64,000 nucleotides of DNA from a virus (Duplodnaviria; Caudoviricetes): positions 11,218-75,217 of the IMG/VR virus record IMGVR_UViG_3300042199_000463. The stretch is one strand, 5' to 3'. The notes beneath the pieces are model-generated. The model was not told where the DNA came from. It ran no database searches and saw nothing but the letters and a program-made list of their open reading frames with translations. Positions 28,329 to 38,058 of this stretch are shown here, piece after piece; position 1 is the stretch's first letter; the number at the start of each line of letters is the position of its first letter. The translations under genes and the position numbers were made by a program.

Positions 28329-28391
28329 AAAGTCCTCCCATGACTTAGTGTGTATAAATAGAATGCAAAACTTTTTAGGAGATTGCAACAC

Positions 28392-28622
28392 ATGGATACA
28401 GCGGCGAATGTCAGTGTCTTAATAGCGACCGCCTCGGTGATTGTTTTATTTGCGGGCAATGTGATCAAACACTATTTTGATCGCCATCAGATTCAGCAGG
28501 ACCGCCATCAGACAGAGCTGCAAGAAATCAATAAATCTCTTGCCGTGGTGCTGCACCGTCTCGGCGAGATGGAAAAAGACATCAACGGACTTGGTACGCT
28601 TGTACGAAAAAAGCTCGTCTAG
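28392..28622 (+). CDS. TM plus coiled-coil protein (holin/XhlA-like)
   Basis: N-terminal TM, heptad C-terminus, AGGAG RBS. Confidence 0.5.
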   Translation: MDTAANVSVLIATASVIVLFAGNVIKHYFDRHQIQQDRHQTELQEINKSLAVVLHRLGEMEKDINGLGTLVRKKLV

Positions 28623-28665
28623 CCGCCAATGCAGCTAGACGATACGACAGAAGGGAAGGATTCAA

Positions 28666-30114
28666 ATGGCTACAAATCCTATCGGCAAGACTGAGTTTGA
28701 CTTTAGGGGAACGCCGTGGAAACACCAATTGACCGCTTTGGAAATGTCGAAAGAGCAGCGCGATTTTGCTTTGTTTCAAGAGATGGGGACAGGTAAGTCA
28801 TACACGGCTGTTTTGATTGCGCGGTGGAAGATGCACACGCACGGTGGCGCGATGAAGGTCTTAGTTGTGACTCCGCTTATTACTTTGGATAACTGGGTCC
28901 GTGAGTGGACGGAGCACTCGGCACTGAAGGCTAGGGCTTTGAAAGGCTCTTCGGAGCGTGTGATTGAAGACATCAAAACGGCTAAAGAGAAAGTGCTAGT
29001 AATAAACTACGAAAAGCTTCACGCCAAAAAGGGCGAGCTTTTGGCGGCACTGAAGGAATGGTGCCCTGATATCCTTATCGGGGATGAAATCCATAAGTGT
29101 AAAGATCCAAAGACCTCCCGAAGCAAAGCCATGTTTGAACTTTCTAAGATAGCTAAACATCGCATCATCATGACCGGAACACCTATCCTAAATTCACCTA
29201 TGGATATTTTTGGGCAGTTTAAGATTTTGGATCAAGGTGCGAGTTTTGGTTTAAATTTTTTTACTTTTCGCAACAAATATTTTTTTGATGCAAACCGCTC
29301 AATGCCTACGCATATAAAATTTCCTAATTGGAAACCTTATCCTTCTACAATCGATAAAATTTCAAAGATTATTTCAAAAAAGTCCATTCAGGCGAAAAAG
29401 AAAGATTGCCTTGATCTTCCTCCATTGGTACGAAAGACCATAAGCATCGAACTTTCCGCCGAGCAGAAGAAGGCTTATCTTGAGGTCGAGCGTGACCTCG
29501 TGACGTACATCGGCGGATCGGTTGCGATGGCGAATATTGCGCTTGTTAAGGCGCTGCGTCTTATGCAGATCGCATCTGGGCATCTTTCAGTTGAGGACAT
29601 CGCAGGAAAGGAGAAATCAATTCATGAGTTTTCAGATAATCCTAAAGCCTCTGCTTTGGCCGATATACTTTCTGATGTCGCTCCTCACCATAAGGTTCTC
29701 GTCTGGTGCAATTTCAAGGCAAATTATTCAGCCGTCCGAAGGGTGTGCGAAGGTCTTAAGATTCCGTCAGTCGAGATACACGGCGACGTACCGAACGCTG
29801 AGAAGTTTAAGAACATCGACCGTTTTAATAATGACCCTGCCGTGCGGGTTCTTATTGGCAATCCTCAAGCAGGTGGCATTGGGATTAATTTGGTTGCTGC
29901 TAGTTACTCAGTTAATTTTAGCCGAAATTTTTCGCTTGAGCACGCCCTACAAAGTGAAGCTAGGAACTACCGAGGCGGAAGTGAAATTCACGACAAGATC
30001 ACGCAGATTGATTTGGTAGCCAAGGATACTATTGACGAAGCCGTGGCAAGGGCTTTAGCAAATAAGGAAGAGATTGGTCTCAAAGTTTTAAAGGAGATAG
30101 TTGGTGGACTATAA
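28666..30114 (+). CDS. SNF2-like SF2 helicase
   Basis: EMGTGKS, DEIH, TGTPILNS, QSEARNYR. Confidence 0.9.
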   Translation: MATNPIGKTEFDFRGTPWKHQLTALEMSKEQRDFALFQEMGTGKSYTAVLIARWKMHTHGGAMKVLVVTPLITLDNWVREWTEHSALKARALKGSSERVIEDIKTAKEKVLVINYEKLHAKKGELLAALKEWCPDILIGDEIHKCKDPKTSRSKAMFELSKIAKHRIIMTGTPILNSPMDIFGQFKILDQGASFGLNFFTFRNKYFFDANRSMPTHIKFPNWKPYPSTIDKISKIISKKSIQAKKKDCLDLPPLVRKTISIELSAEQKKAYLEVERDLVTYIGGSVAMANIALVKALRLMQIASGHLSVEDIAGKEKSIHEFSDNPKASALADILSDVAPHHKVLVWCNFKANYSAVRRVCEGLKIPSVEIHGDVPNAEKFKNIDRFNNDPAVRVLIGNPQAGGIGINLVAASYSVNFSRNFSLEHALQSEARNYRGGSEIHDKITQIDLVAKDTIDEAVARALANKEEIGLKVLKEIVGGL

Positions 30115-30538
30115 GGATGTGACGTTATCGGATTTGAAGGGTTTGGTTGCAGAGTTGCGCGATGTTCGCTCGCAAAAGGATGGCCTAAATGCGCAGCTTT
30201 CAGAGCTAGAGAAAAACAAAAAGCGGTTAGAGGATAAGATTATCCCAATTTTAGAGCAGAGTAACTTGACGAGTTTCAATTGCGAGTTTGGTCGCGTAAC
30301 CCGATCAGCAAGGTTTTCCGTCAAGTTTCCAAAGGACGATCAAGAGAAGAAAGCGGCACTTAGGGCTTATCTTGACAGCAAAGGAATTTTTGATGACAGT
30401 TGGACATTCAACCATCAGTCGTTAAATTCTTTTTACAAGGAGGAGCTAGAAGCCGCTGCGGCAAGAGGAGATGAAGATTTCGAGATTCCGGGCCTTGAGG
30501 CCACAACCGACGTAACCTTATCATTTACTAAAGGATGA
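30101..30538 (+). CDS. Coiled-coil replication-module protein
   Basis: 145 aa between helicase and SSB-like gene. Confidence 0.55.
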   Translation: MVDYKDVTLSDLKGLVAELRDVRSQKDGLNAQLSELEKNKKRLEDKIIPILEQSNLTSFNCEFGRVTRSARFSVKFPKDDQEKKAALRAYLDSKGIFDDSWTFNHQSLNSFYKEELEAAAARGDEDFEIPGLEATTDVTLSFTKG

Positions 30539-30541
30539 ACC

Positions 30542-31357
30542 ATGACAACCAAAGCAGTCGCAATACAGGCCACAAACCTTCCGTCAACTTTTTCAGGTGG
30601 CGGGACCATTGATACAAAAGACCTTGTTTTGCCCCGTGTAGTTTTGCGCCAGAACACCTACGAAAAAGAATACATGGCGGATTTCAATGCAGGAGACATC
30701 ATCCTTCGTCCAGACAACATTGTGCTAGGAACGAAGGGCAAGCCCGCGCACTTTGTTCCAATTGGTGTAAGCAAAGTTTGGAGCATCGTTGAGATGACAA
30801 GCGGCAAGGCTAAGACAATCGGCAGCGAGCCTTTCACGCAAGAGAAAAAAGAGCTTCAATGGGAAGTGGACGGCAGGACGTTCCGCCGTGACGTGACATA
30901 TAACGTGCACATGCTATTTTTGCGTGACCTTGAAGCGCAGGTAAAAATGTTTGAGCGTCTTTCAAAGGGCGAATACGTAGATCCTGATGATCTTGTTTTA
31001 CCTGCCCAGATCACACTGAGCCGTTCTGCGCGTAATGCCGGAAAGACCTTGGTCACGCATTTTGAAAAGTGCCGTGTCCTCAATAATCAGAGTCCAGCGG
31101 GCAAGATGTTTCAACTTATGTCCGTGCCGATGAAAAACGACAAAGGCAATTGGTGGGCATTTGAGATTGAAAAAGTAACTGATCCAAAGACCAAATACAC
31201 ACCAGCGAATTTAGTGCCGGTTGCGAACTTTTGGGTAGAGCAAGTCGCTAGAAACAAGTACAAATCAGTAGAAGAAACCGAGACGGTTGCGGAGGAAATA
31301 GCCGTCGAAGGTAATGGCCAAGCGAGTGAAGCTTCTACGGAAGCCATACCATTTTAA
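30542..31357 (+). CDS. Putative single-stranded DNA-binding protein
   Basis: DLVLPRVVLRQ N-terminal motif; acidic tail ending EAIPF; upstream of the polymerase. Confidence 0.65.
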   Translation: MTTKAVAIQATNLPSTFSGGGTIDTKDLVLPRVVLRQNTYEKEYMADFNAGDIILRPDNIVLGTKGKPAHFVPIGVSKVWSIVEMTSGKAKTIGSEPFTQEKKELQWEVDGRTFRRDVTYNVHMLFLRDLEAQVKMFERLSKGEYVDPDDLVLPAQITLSRSARNAGKTLVTHFEKCRVLNNQSPAGKMFQLMSVPMKNDKGNWWAFEIEKVTDPKTKYTPANLVPVANFWVEQVARNKYKSVEETETVAEEIAVEGNGQASEASTEAIPF

Positions 31358-31362
31358 AGGGG

Positions 31363-31719
31363 TTGAGGATGATGACTGAAGTTGCGGAGCAGACGGTGCA
31401 GTTGAATGGTACGATTTTGAAGAAGACAAAACCAAAGACGAAAAAGAAGAAAACGGCTAAAAAGACGACAGAACAAAAGTCTGAAATTTCGGCTGGGGCA
31501 ATTAAAAAGCGTCTTCAACAACGGCCATACAACGTCATTTTAACCGGCGCGAATGACGCTTTTGTCACTAGCCTTTGCAAGAACTCGAACAGAAGCCGTG
31601 CGGCAGTTTTAAACGCTTGCGTAGATTTAGCGCGTGAGCAGGATTTGAAACTGTCGTACTGTATCCCGCCAGTGGTGCAGAAGTGGTTAAAAAAGACGAA
31701 CAAAAAATTAGCGATGTAG
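31363..31719 (+). CDS. Putative ribbon-helix-helix DNA-binding protein
   Basis: PYNVIL strand followed by helices ...RSRAAVLNACV; basic N-terminus. Confidence 0.45.
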   Translation: MRMMTEVAEQTVQLNGTILKKTKPKTKKKKTAKKTTEQKSEISAGAIKKRLQQRPYNVILTGANDAFVTSLCKNSNRSRAAVLNACVDLAREQDLKLSYCIPPVVQKWLKKTNKKLAM

Positions 31720-33524
31720 TTCCAAGTTCTGTTGCTGTGAGTAATGTGGCTGTGGTGATGGAAGGATTGAGGGGGATTTTAGAGTCCCCCTCAATTTCTT
31801 TGGACACAGAAACAACGGGACTGCGGCCCTATCATGGTGCGCGATTTTTCTCGGTAATCATCGCCGATGGAAAGTCTGTTGCGTATTTGAATTTTCATCC
31901 TGAGCACCCCGATGTGTTCGACACAAAAGTGCTTGCAGAGCTTTTGCGTGCCTTCGTGGGCACGATATACATGCACAACGCCAAGTTCGATATGCACATG
32001 CTGAGAGCGTCTGGGATTGAATTAAATCCTTTGGCGCATATCCACTGCACTGCCGCAATTGGTAGGGTGTGTTATTCCGCACTTCCTTCCTACAGCCTAG
32101 AGTACTGCGCCAAGTACTTTTGCGGAGAGGACAAGGACGACAAGGTTAAAGAGTACATTCTTAAAAACGGTCTTTGGGAGTGGGAGACCGTACCCGGAAA
32201 AAAATCACGCAGCAAAAACCTTCATTACGACCGTGTGCCCTATGAGCTCATCCGCCCCTATGCTGAGCAGGATGCGCGTATTACATGGAAGCTAGGTGAG
32301 AAGCAGCGCGCAATTTTAAAGGAGCGGGATGAAAAGCGTGATCCAAAATATCCGTCAATTATGCAGGTGTATGAGAACGAGTGCGCGCTAACGAAAGTGC
32401 TTTTTGAGATGGAATCCCATGGCGTGCTCATTGACCGCACCTTTTGCGAGCGGGCGCTGGAGTATGAGCTAAAACGTATGTCGGATGCAGAAAAACTTTT
32501 TGAAGCTGCGACAGGCAAGACGTTTAAGGCTTCGGGAAAATTATTCGCAGAAATTTTTGACGGCGAAAAATTTGAGTATACCGACAAAGGTAATCCAACC
32601 TTTGAGTCAGACGTATTGAAAAAGTTTTCCTCTCCCGTCGCAGAGACTATTTTAGAGTACCGTGACGCTAAATCAAATTCCAACTACTACGCAGGATTTT
32701 TGTATCAGGCCGATTCTGATGATGTGGTGCATACATCATTTAATCAAAATGGTGCCTCTACGGGGAGATTTTCGAGCCAAAATCCAAACCTCCAAAATTT
32801 GCGAAAAGACGAAGACGACGACTTGAAAGCAGAGTTTGTTCCAAGGCGCGCATTTATTCCTCGTGAAGGGCACTATTTTGCGATGCTTGACTACGATGCG
32901 ATGGAATACCGTCTTATGATGGACTATGCGCAAGCGCACGGATTAATTTCTCAGGTGAAAGACGGCAAAGATGTACACTCTGCGACAGCCGAGCTCGCTG
33001 GAGTAACACGTGCACAAGCGAAGACCATTAACTTCACAACGCTTTACGGTGGTGGTGCTGGCCTTATTGGAGAAAGGCTTGGCATCACAAAATTCGCCGC
33101 GCAAGATTTGATGGATAAAATTTTTTCCGCTTCCCCTGAGATTCCACGATTTATCGCGCAGGTAAAAGCGCGCAGCGAAATTAGAGGCGTGGTTGTAAAT
33201 TGGTTTGGCCGTGTCACGAGCAACAGAGACAAATCCTACGCCGCAGTAAATTATTTAATTCAAGGCGGATGTGCGGATGTGATGAAGCTTGCTATGGTGC
33301 GGATTGCGGAGTTTTTGCAGAGTAAGAAGACGAAAATGGTTTTGACGATTCACGATGAACTTGTGTTTGAGATCCCATATGGCGAGGCCGGTATTGAAAA
33401 TGAGCTTCGGGATATCATGGAAAAAACGTATCCCGCTAGATTGATTTCTCTCACTAGCGGGATAGAGCATTCCACACGCAGCTTGGCTGATAAGATTGAG
33501 GGGCTACTACCTACTCGACAATAA
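31683..33524 (+). CDS. polA: Family A DNA polymerase with 3'-5' exonuclease (start may be slightly downstream)
   Basis: Exo motifs DTETTG, HNAKFD, YAEQDA; pol motif A DYDAMEYR, motif B KTINFTTLYG (Phe at the E. coli 762 position), motif C IHDELVFE. Confidence 0.93.
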   Translation: MVKKDEQKISDVVPSSVAVSNVAVVMEGLRGILESPSISLDTETTGLRPYHGARFFSVIIADGKSVAYLNFHPEHPDVFDTKVLAELLRAFVGTIYMHNAKFDMHMLRASGIELNPLAHIHCTAAIGRVCYSALPSYSLEYCAKYFCGEDKDDKVKEYILKNGLWEWETVPGKKSRSKNLHYDRVPYELIRPYAEQDARITWKLGEKQRAILKERDEKRDPKYPSIMQVYENECALTKVLFEMESHGVLIDRTFCERALEYELKRMSDAEKLFEAATGKTFKASGKLFAEIFDGEKFEYTDKGNPTFESDVLKKFSSPVAETILEYRDAKSNSNYYAGFLYQADSDDVVHTSFNQNGASTGRFSSQNPNLQNLRKDEDDDLKAEFVPRRAFIPREGHYFAMLDYDAMEYRLMMDYAQAHGLISQVKDGKDVHSATAELAGVTRAQAKTINFTTLYGGGAGLIGERLGITKFAAQDLMDKIFSASPEIPRFIAQVKARSEIRGVVVNWFGRVTSNRDKSYAAVNYLIQGGCADVMKLAMVRIAEFLQSKKTKMVLTIHDELVFEIPYGEAGIENELRDIMEKTYPARLISLTSGIEHSTRSLADKIEGLLPTRQ

Positions 33525-33936
33525 ACGACAACGCCGTTAAGTCTTCGGGTGTGAGCCCTACCTTCGCTAAGTCATCGAGGGATAGCTTCCCTGATGGTAG
33601 CACAATTTCAGCCTCGGAATCCATAAATCCGCCCAGTGCGGTTGTCCATGCCGCCAGATTTGCGTCTGGGATCTCAAATGTTCCGACCTGACCGTCTTTT
33701 TCTTTGATGCTTCCGTTTTCATCGAGTAGAGCGTGTTCTCTTACGAGCCCTACAAATTTGTCTTGTGAGAGTTTGAATGTCTCTGCCATGACTTTTGTGA
33801 CTTCAGAAACCCTTTTTACGGTTTTTATATTTGGATAGTTCGATGACTTCTCCAACTTTATCAAGGCTGGGATTACAAACTTGTTTCGTAGGGCCGACTG
33901 TTTGACATGAACCTTGTGCGCTTTGGATTTTAGCAC
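33511..33936 (-). CDS. Hypothetical phage protein
   Basis: GTG start with GGAG RBS 6 nt upstream; LDENG motif. Confidence 0.6.
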   Translation of the reverse strand: MLKSKAHKVHVKQSALRNKFVIPALIKLEKSSNYPNIKTVKRVSEVTKVMAETFKLSQDKFVGLVREHALLDENGSIKEKDGQVGTFEIPDANLAAWTTALGGFMDSEAEIVLPSGKLSLDDLAKVGLTPEDLTALSFIVE

Positions 33937-34234
33937 TCATTTCTCCTTCGATGAAAAGTAATCTATTTTTAGTGTCTTCCCAGTTCTCTGGGCCGACAAT
34001 ACCTGCGACACCGCCATTAGCTAGTATTCTTCTGAGTGTGGCTTCTTGTAGGGCTCTACTGCGCGATTTTGTTTTTACGGAGCGTTTGAGCTCAAGTGCA
34101 ACGAAGATGCCGTGGATGCACCCGATGATGTCTGGAATACCAATGAGTGATCTCTCATTGGTTTTAATAAACCAAGAGTTTGGAAGCGAGCCCAAAAACT
34201 TGAGCACTTTTTTCTGAAAGTCTTTTTCTAGCAT
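33803..34234 (-). CDS. VRR-NUC/PD-(D/E)xK nuclease (A)
   Basis: ATG 34234; GIPDII, ALELK, LQEATL motifs. Confidence 0.8.
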   Translation of the reverse strand: MLEKDFQKKVLKFLGSLPNSWFIKTNERSLIGIPDIIGCIHGIFVALELKRSVKTKSRSRALQEATLRRILANGGVAGIVGPENWEDTKNRLLFIEGEMSAKIQSAQGSCQTVGPTKQVCNPSLDKVGEVIELSKYKNRKKGF

Positions 34235-34248
34235 AGTTGAAAAAGATA

Positions 34249-34503
34249 CTAGCCTATGAAACTGCAAGGCTCAAGCGAAGAAGATTTGTACATGTTTTTG
34301 TAGAGTGTGTACGGTGAAATCATTTCGGAGGGCAGAGGAGAGTAAAAAAACTCTGGTCTTACTTCTTGGATTTTAGGTGCGATTTCAGTGCAGAGGTATG
34401 CTTTATTGCTACCAAATTTTGATCTTGCTGGCATTGGCTGGCCTGTAAGTCGCTGCTTGATGGCGTGATAACCAAATTCTGGCAATAGGCTCCAATCATA
34501 TTC
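34249..34503 (-). pseudogene. 3' fragment of a permuted papain-like (NlpC/P60, YiiX-type) amidase
   Basis: YDWSLL...KAYLCTEIA...ISPYTLY; no good start codon and N-terminal half absent. Confidence 0.45.
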
Positions 34504-34693
34504 TGCGCCACCAAAAATGTCCAGACAAAAGTCAGCCTATAAATGGCACCATAGGATGCGCGTAACTCCATGACAAGATAAGATGACTTATTGTTCCTTC
34601 AGTGCCGCCTTCTGTGTAGGCATACACGTCGTATAGCGCAAGAACAACGATAGTAACCATGACAACGACAGATATAAGTTTTCGAATGTTCAT
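34496..34693 (-). pseudogene. Small membrane protein with in-frame TGA (34532-34)
   Basis: MNIRKLISVVVM...PMVPFIG*LLSGHFWWRRI*; ATG overlaps the upstream stop; the hydrophobic segment continues past the stop. Confidence 0.55.
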
Positions 34694-35196
34694 AAAGTCT
34701 CGCTCAAAGGAAGTCCAAGATAAGTTTCGATTTTATTTACGAATGCTAAGAGCCTATTAGCCGTAACGTATTTTTCGTCATACTCAGAGGTTGGTGTCGC
34801 CCTAATACGAGTGATTGCCTCGTATAGCGAACCCGCCTGCAATGCTAGCTGAACGGAAGCCAGCTTTGTTAATACTTGTCCTGTCTTGCCTTCTGTAGTG
34901 ATACCGAGAAGCACGTTTTCAGCGGCATAGTTGATCAATAGTTGATTGCCGAACTGGATTGCGTTTTTGATAACGCTAGAAACATAGGCATGTGCTGTGT
35001 TTGGGACGTGCGAACTAATGGCGGTTTCTACCGAAGCTTGCTCAAAAAGAGTCAAAGATACTCCAGCATGCACCGTTATATCGGTGCCTGATGTCGAGAC
35101 TCCGGAGATACTCGTAGGATTAACTGCCAGGATTTCCCCAATAAGTTGCTCGGGAAGATACGAAGTGCTCCTAGTGTAAGAGTAATCTGGCATCAA
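34690..35196 (-). CDS. Hypothetical virion-associated protein
   Basis: 168 aa, coupled operon. Confidence 0.55.
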   Translation of the reverse strand: MMPDYSYTRSTSYLPEQLIGEILAVNPTSISGVSTSGTDITVHAGVSLTLFEQASVETAISSHVPNTAHAYVSSVIKNAIQFGNQLLINYAAENVLLGITTEGKTGQVLTKLASVQLALQAGSLYEAITRIRATPTSEYDEKYVTANRLLAFVNKIETYLGLPLSETL

Positions 35197-35687
35197 GCTA
35201 TCCTAACAATGATGATTGACCGCATATTACCAGTCAAAGTTTTCCCGCCAGTGGTGTTCCAGCGGAGAGTTAGCACATCACTAGTTATTAGCGTGGTGAT
35301 AATCCCTTGAGAATACATCATCCCCTGGTTGCCCCCTGTAAAAAAGGAAGCATTGGTGCCTGTTATCAACGTGCCATTTTTATAGAGCCCGATTACTGGC
35401 GTACCATCGCCGCCTGAACTTGACGCAGAAAATGCCAACGTCCCAGTTATAAGGTATGTCCCGCTCAATAAAACGGTTAGAGACATGGAATTGATAGCGA
35501 CTGGGGTGTTGGAAGATGTGGTTGTTGAGGATGTTGCCGCTATTTGTTGATACGACAGCGACCCAGAAAGTATAGATTGTTTAGCTTCCTCGATGGCTGC
35601 CTGAACCGTAGTGGAAGCGAACCCGTTCGTCGAGTTGTCAAATGCCGTGATGCTAGCACTTGCTGTGCGCTTTAAATTAAAGCTCAC
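35193..35687 (-). CDS. Fibre/decoration-like beta protein
   Basis: FDNSTNGFASTTVQAAIEE N-terminal motif; SGTYLITG C-terminal beta domain. Confidence 0.55.
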   Translation of the reverse strand: MSFNLKRTASASITAFDNSTNGFASTTVQAAIEEAKQSILSGSLSYQQIAATSSTTTSSNTPVAINSMSLTVLLSGTYLITGTLAFSASSSGGDGTPVIGLYKNGTLITGTNASFFTGGNQGMMYSQGIITTLITSDVLTLRWNTTGGKTLTGNMRSIIIVRIA

Positions 35688-36006
35688 GATTCACCCACAT
35701 ACTGAATGTCGCTGTAGATGAGTTTGTGCGTAGGAAGATTTGCTGTTTCGATTTGGGGGTAATCTCTAAAGAATCGCCAGGTCCAAGCGAAGTATAGTTT
35801 GTTCCTGCGTTATCCAGAGCCACCCAAATGCGAATGCCCCCTGAAACATCTCTGTCATTTTCTACGACAACGCTTTGGATATTGGTGGTTGCTGTTGTTG
35901 GGTATGCTGTCCAGGTTGTTGTAGCAGTGCCGCGAATGACTGTGGTCGTGCCGTCCGTTGTCAGCACTTCCGAGAACACATCCCCAGCTGAAAATCCGCT
36001 GCCCAT
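35677..36006 (-). CDS. Small beta-sandwich decoration-like protein
   Basis: Paralogous to 37400, 37711 and the C-terminus of 36314. Confidence 0.55.
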   Translation of the reverse strand: MGSGFSAGDVFSEVLTTDGTTTVIRGTATTTWTAYPTTATTNIQSVVVENDRDVSGGIRIWVALDNAGTNYTSLGPGDSLEITPKSKQQIFLRTNSSTATFSMWVNREL

Positions 36007-36329
36007 TATTTCTTCCCTGGCTTACCTGGGTTGTATGCCTTTATCTTAACGTCACCCAAGCCGGGAAGTCCCGGCTCAGATGGTTTAGATTCTACCGGAA
36101 CCGAAGGGGGCACAAGCTCCCCTTCAGGCTTTTCAGAAGGTTTCTGAGAGAAAGCTTTAGCCATATCCTGCACTAAGTTTTGGAGCCAACGAACAGCGTC
36201 ACCGCTTCTCGTCAGATCTTTCCACCCAACCGAACACTGAACCGTGTTCATGAGCGTGCTAAGTTGGTGCATGTGCCGTAAATCTTGCTCTGAAACTTCT
36301 GAAACTTTCATGCTTATGCAAACTCCCAA
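36006..36329 (-). CDS. Hypothetical protein (start probably 36311)
   Basis: 107 aa, Pro-rich tail. Confidence 0.5.
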   Translation of the reverse strand: MGVCISMKVSEVSEQDLRHMHQLSTLMNTVQCSVGWKDLTRSGDAVRWLQNLVQDMAKAFSQKPSEKPEGELVPPSVPVESKPSEPGLPGLGDVKIKAYNPGKPGKK

Positions 36330-37330
36330 ACCATTACGTCTTTGCCAGCGGCGTTAGCAACACCATAAACCAAGTTAGCTGGGCCAACGTCCAAAGAAAC
36401 GAATCCGCCGTCACCAATCCTAAATCCGCGTGTTGAGCCTGAGTTAGTCACTGTAGCAGATCCAAGGTACAACGTTCCACTCGAAAGCATTTGAATCATC
36501 ATGGATGATCGGTTGCTCAATGAAGTAGCTGGAAGTTGTACCGCTGATGTTCCCACGGTTACGATTTGCTGCAAATTAGAAGACGCTGCAACGTCTTTAA
36601 CGTATTGCGCACCTTTGATGTCAACAGCAAAACCGGAGTAATCCCCGTCCGCAGATGTGAACGATGTGGCTTGGTTGTCGTTGCGAACACCGAGCGAGAA
36701 GCTACCCACTGCGCCTGAAGAATGTGCACTGTCTTCAGCATAGTTATCACCGATAGTGATCGACGCTGCGACTTTCAATTCACCGTTTGCATTCACTTGC
36801 AACGGCGAGAAGTCCCCGTCAGCAACACCAGTCAACGGCCCAGAGGCATCTTTACGAACGGCTAGGGCTTCGATACCCATTGAACCAGCGGCCCAAGCGG
36901 AGCCGTCTGCATAGTCCAATCCTTCAAGAACTGCTTGGATCGCGGAAAGCGCTGTATTTGCTCCGGTGTCTTTTACATACAATTCACCAAGGTTGTTACT
37001 CTTGAACGAGCCGTAGTCACCGTCAGCCGATGTGCTCGCAGCAAGTGTGTCTTGACGAACTAGAAGGGCTTGAATCCCCATGTCGCCGGACGTGTGCGCG
37101 CTGTCTTCAGCGAAATCTAACGCCTGAAACAACGACAAAATGGAGGCGAGTGTAGTTTCGGTAGCTGCACCAGTTGGCAACGCCGAAGCTGTTACGTTAA
37201 CGTCTAACGCTGTACCTGTAGCGGTTAACTGCGTACCGTTCGCAATTAAATTAGCACCAATGTTGTCGCTATTCGCAACGTCTGCACTGTCGAAAACGAT
37301 CTTAGTTTTGCCCGCACCTGTCTGACTCAT
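36314..37330 (-). CDS. Fibre/spike-like protein with three ~50-aa repeats
   Basis: AEDSAH.SG..G...L.VR.D.....ADGD....G.L.V x3, plus a C-terminal decoration-like domain. Confidence 0.65.
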   Translation of the reverse strand: MSQTGAGKTKIVFDSADVANSDNIGANLIANGTQLTATGTALDVNVTASALPTGAATETTLASILSLFQALDFAEDSAHTSGDMGIQALLVRQDTLAASTSADGDYGSFKSNNLGELYVKDTGANTALSAIQAVLEGLDYADGSAWAAGSMGIEALAVRKDASGPLTGVADGDFSPLQVNANGELKVAASITIGDNYAEDSAHSSGAVGSFSLGVRNDNQATSFTSADGDYSGFAVDIKGAQYVKDVAASSNLQQIVTVGTSAVQLPATSLSNRSSMMIQMLSSGTLYLGSATVTNSGSTRGFRIGDGGFVSLDVGPANLVYGVANAAGKDVMVWEFA

Positions 37331-37399
37331 GGTGTACCTCGCAATTAAAGTTTATGTACCCTAACAACGTGGCATGTGTCGGATGGCCAACCGAAAAGT

Positions 37400-37714
37400 T
37401 TAGCTCCAGTAAATCAGTTCGACGTACTGAGCAGCAGAAGGCGACTCAAAATAGACAGTTACCACTGCGGATGATTTTATATCATTCACCCAGTTCGTAA
37501 CATACGGATCAAAGGTAAAATAATCCCCACCGGACGTGTGCTTTAGTTTCAGCGTGCCTGAGTTTCTATTTCTAAAACCGAAAGTCTTCGTACCTACTGG
37601 GAATGTGAACGAGTATTCAGTATTCGCCAAAGGCATATTTAATTTATTGATAGTGTAGGCAGATACAGACTCGACTGAGACAGTTGCGATTAGAGCCGAG
37701 TTGACTACGGTCAT
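37400..37714 (-). CDS. Small beta-sandwich decoration-like protein
   Basis: 104 aa, coupled operon. Confidence 0.5.
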   Translation of the reverse strand: MTVVNSALIATVSVESVSAYTINKLNMPLANTEYSFTFPVGTKTFGFRNRNSGTLKLKHTSGGDYFTFDPYVTNWVNDIKSSAVVTVYFESPSAAQYVELIYWS

Positions 37715-38058
37715 GCTAGTTCTTCCGTTTGAATTGTCGGCGTGCCACTTGACGCCTTAGCGTAGATAGGAATGTCGCCCACAAGGTAATGCCGCTCACT
37801 GCCCGATACCACGGTCACGCCAACGTAGCCAACTTCTGTATTGTCGTAGTTGATCTTGATCTCTGTGCCGCTCACGTTTTGAATAGACAGCGAGTTACGG
37901 TTAGCAAGATGCGTTGGCGGTAGTTGTGTCCACGTGGCCGAGTTAAGAGCGACTTGCGTGATCTTTCCGCCAATGCTTAAGCCTGCAGGTCTTGAATCCA
38001 CGGTTCCGGACACCGTAGCGTTTACGTTGCTGCCAAGTGAAGGACGACAAGTCACCAC
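37711..38058 (-). CDS. Small beta-sandwich decoration-like protein
   Basis: LP...LANRNSLSIQN motif shared with the 36314 C-terminus (LP...LSNRSSMMIQ). Confidence 0.55.
   Translation of the reverse strand: MVTCRPSLGSNVNATVSGTVDSRPAGLSIGGKITQVALNSATWTQLPPTHLANRNSLSIQNVSGTEIKINYDNTEVGYVGVTVVSGSERHYLVGDIPIYAKASSGTPTIQTEELA

Noticed and set aside
29200-29420. AT-rich patch inside the SNF2 helicase
   Set aside because: The frame is intact and encodes F/K/N/I-rich sequence, with no intron or intein hallmarks.
34256-34345. Plus-strand MKLQGSSEEDLYMFL*SVYGE... with an in-frame TAG
   Set aside because: Short, no RBS, and antisense to the more plausible amidase fragment.
25531-34693. Stop-codon reassignment suggested by in-frame stops
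   Set aside because: The interrupting codons differ (TAA, TGA), and all three stop codons end long coupled genes normally (TAG at 11724 and 50275, TGA at 6209 and 34690, TAA at 12266).
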